Origin: Lama glama
Lineage: Eukaryota
NCBI GenBank assembly: GCA_028534125.1
Contig: CM052832.1
Coordinates: 24,678,001-24,742,000 of the forward strand
Reading direction: 5' to 3'
Length of the DNA: 64,000 bases
The notes under the pieces: generated by a model
Databases searched by the model: none
What the model was told of the DNA's origin: nothing
Seen by the model: only the letters and a program-made list of their open reading frames with translations
Part shown: in pieces, positions 62,301 to 64,000 of the stretch
How the letters are laid out: each line of letters opens with the position of its first letter
Position numbering within the stretch: the stretch's first letter is position 1
Program-made: the position numbers and the translations under genes

Positions 62301-63514
62301 GGCAAAACCCTGTTCTCTCATGCTGTGATCATTTGAATACCAGAGCTGCTCTTTCGAAAAGGCATTGCATAGTATCCCCAAAAGACTAAGAATGTCCCCC
62401 TTTTAAAACCATTTTTAATCCAAACAAACTCCCAATCTTGTACCAGAATCAAACCACAAATGGTCCTTTTTCATTCTACTCACAGAAAATATGATTAAAA
62501 AAAGAACTGAATGGAATCTGAATGCAAAGGAATGGGAATTAAACTGCAGTAAGGACACTCTACGCCAAAGTCAAGATACCCAGTGGACTGAAATCTACAG
62601 CTGCACCGGGCAGCCGGCGCGCCCCGGGCCCTGCAGCTGTCTGGACGACAGCCGCCGTTGACGCCATCTAAGCCCGGGTGATGTTTGTGTCTTTTGACCC
62701 GTGTACTCTGATATGTCACAAAACTCAGGATAGTTTTGCTCCCTGGTTGAAAGAATGAACTCTTTTGCAATGGATTTTGTCACAGGTTTCCTGAACGAGC
62801 ACCATACCCTTAAATGATTTTCTAGAACACAGTAAAAACACCTTTCATGTCTTTGACATGTGTCTGAGGAATTGGGCCGGGTCCCTCCTTATGGACAGCT
62901 TGAGGAAGATTCAGTTACATCTTCTGGGTGGTGGTGACTCCAGGCTGCTTACAAAGAACAAGACAGCTTTATCTCTATGCTGGGCAAGCAGAGTAACAGG
63001 GCAATGAAGGCCCAGACTCCAGGAGACACTGACGCAGACACCAGGGTTGAGGACTGAGCCGAGATGTTTTCTGGGACAGGCTGTGGAAAACCAGAGCCAA
63101 GATAAACAGGAACCCGAAAAGTGTGTCAGGACATGGAGCCACCACAGACTGACAAGAAAGCAGCCTCTTCCATCCTCATGACTGGGAGCTCGAAAGGCCT
63201 CGAGGTGGTGGTGTTTCTGTTTACTTTGCAAGTTTGACCTGCCAAGTCGCCAGAACAAAAAAGAAAGGAGACAGATAAGGGTCAGGGAAAAGAAAAGAGG
63301 GCTGAAGACCAGCAAATGCTCGTGAAAGGAAGGGGACTCTGATTCTGCATTTCGGTTTTCTTCTAAACCACTTTCCCATTTCACTTCATCCACCACACTT
63401 CTTCACCAAAACAAGCCTAAATATACCTCTAAATGAAAAAGCAAACTGCTCCTTGAGCTGACACTAGTGAGTAGTCTGAAAAAACAGATAGGAAATTCAA
63501 GTATATAATTCTAC

Positions 63515-64000
63515 ATTTTCCCCAGTTTTACTGGATTATAATGGATATATAACTTTGTATTAGCTTCTAAGATATACCTCACAATGATTTGATATGTGTG
63601 TATATTGCAAAATGATTATCACAGGAAGTTTAGTTAACATCCACCACCTCACATAGTTGCCCATTTTCATTCCTTGTGATAAGAACTTTCATTTCTTGTG
63701 ATAAGATCTACTTTCTCAGCACCTTTCAAATATACAACACAGTTTTATTAACTGTAGTCACCATGCTGTACATTACATCCCCAGAACTTATTTCTCTTGT
63801 AACTGGAAGTTTGTACCTTTACCTTCATCCATTTCTCCCACCCAATGCCCTACCTGTGGAAACCACCAATCTGTTCTCTGTTTCAATGAGTTTGTTTTTT
63901 TAAGATTCCACATATAAGAGATGACATTTATTTTGCCTTTCTCTGTCTGGCTTAGTTCACATAGCATATTGCTCTCAAGGTCCATCCATGTTGTTGCAAA
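63515..64000 (-). mobile_element. L1MA9-like 3' end, running off the window
   Basis: tagttaacatccaccacctcacatagtt...taactgtagtcaccatgctgtacattacatccccagaacttatt...agattccacatataag...ccatccatgttgttgcaaa. Confidence 0.9.

Noticed and set aside
1..64000. CRISPR arrays, operons, rRNA/snRNA genes, NUMTs, viral coding insertions, processed pseudogenes
   Set aside because: I recognised no regularly spaced repeat-spacer arrays and no such coding or RNA signatures by eye. A very decayed pseudogene cannot be excluded without a translated homology search.

Overview
Mammalian genomic DNA, most likely camelid, judging from two tRNA-derived SINE copies that match the camelid Vic-1 family as I recall it. 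The left ~14.6 kb holds the 5' half of GMPR (GMP reductase 1) on the minus strand. Coding exons 1-3 are complete (14323-14409, 5418-5537, 2782-2865) and exon 4 is cut by the window edge (117-1). All visible junctions are GT-AG and phase 0. A CpG island/GC-box promoter lies at ~14.3-14.85 kb. The remaining ~49 kb is upstream intergenic sequence with no recognisable protein-coding gene; in human this interval leads towards MYLIP. It contains old L1 fragments, MaLR/ERVL solo LTRs (some with target-site duplications), MIR/L2 elements, hAT MITEs and microsatellites. I found no convincing novel multi-gene system. The best leads are regulatory or evolutionary: a perfect NF-E2/NRF2 element beside a CACGTG box in the GMPR promoter, several CTCF-like motifs including a divergent pair, an isolated YY1+NF-Y element, a CpG micro-island, a candidate exon of a divergent transcript, and a SINE-L1-unknown composite insertion in intron 1. 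Repeat family names are from recall of consensus sequences, not from a database search, and repeat boundaries are approximate unless a TSD is given.
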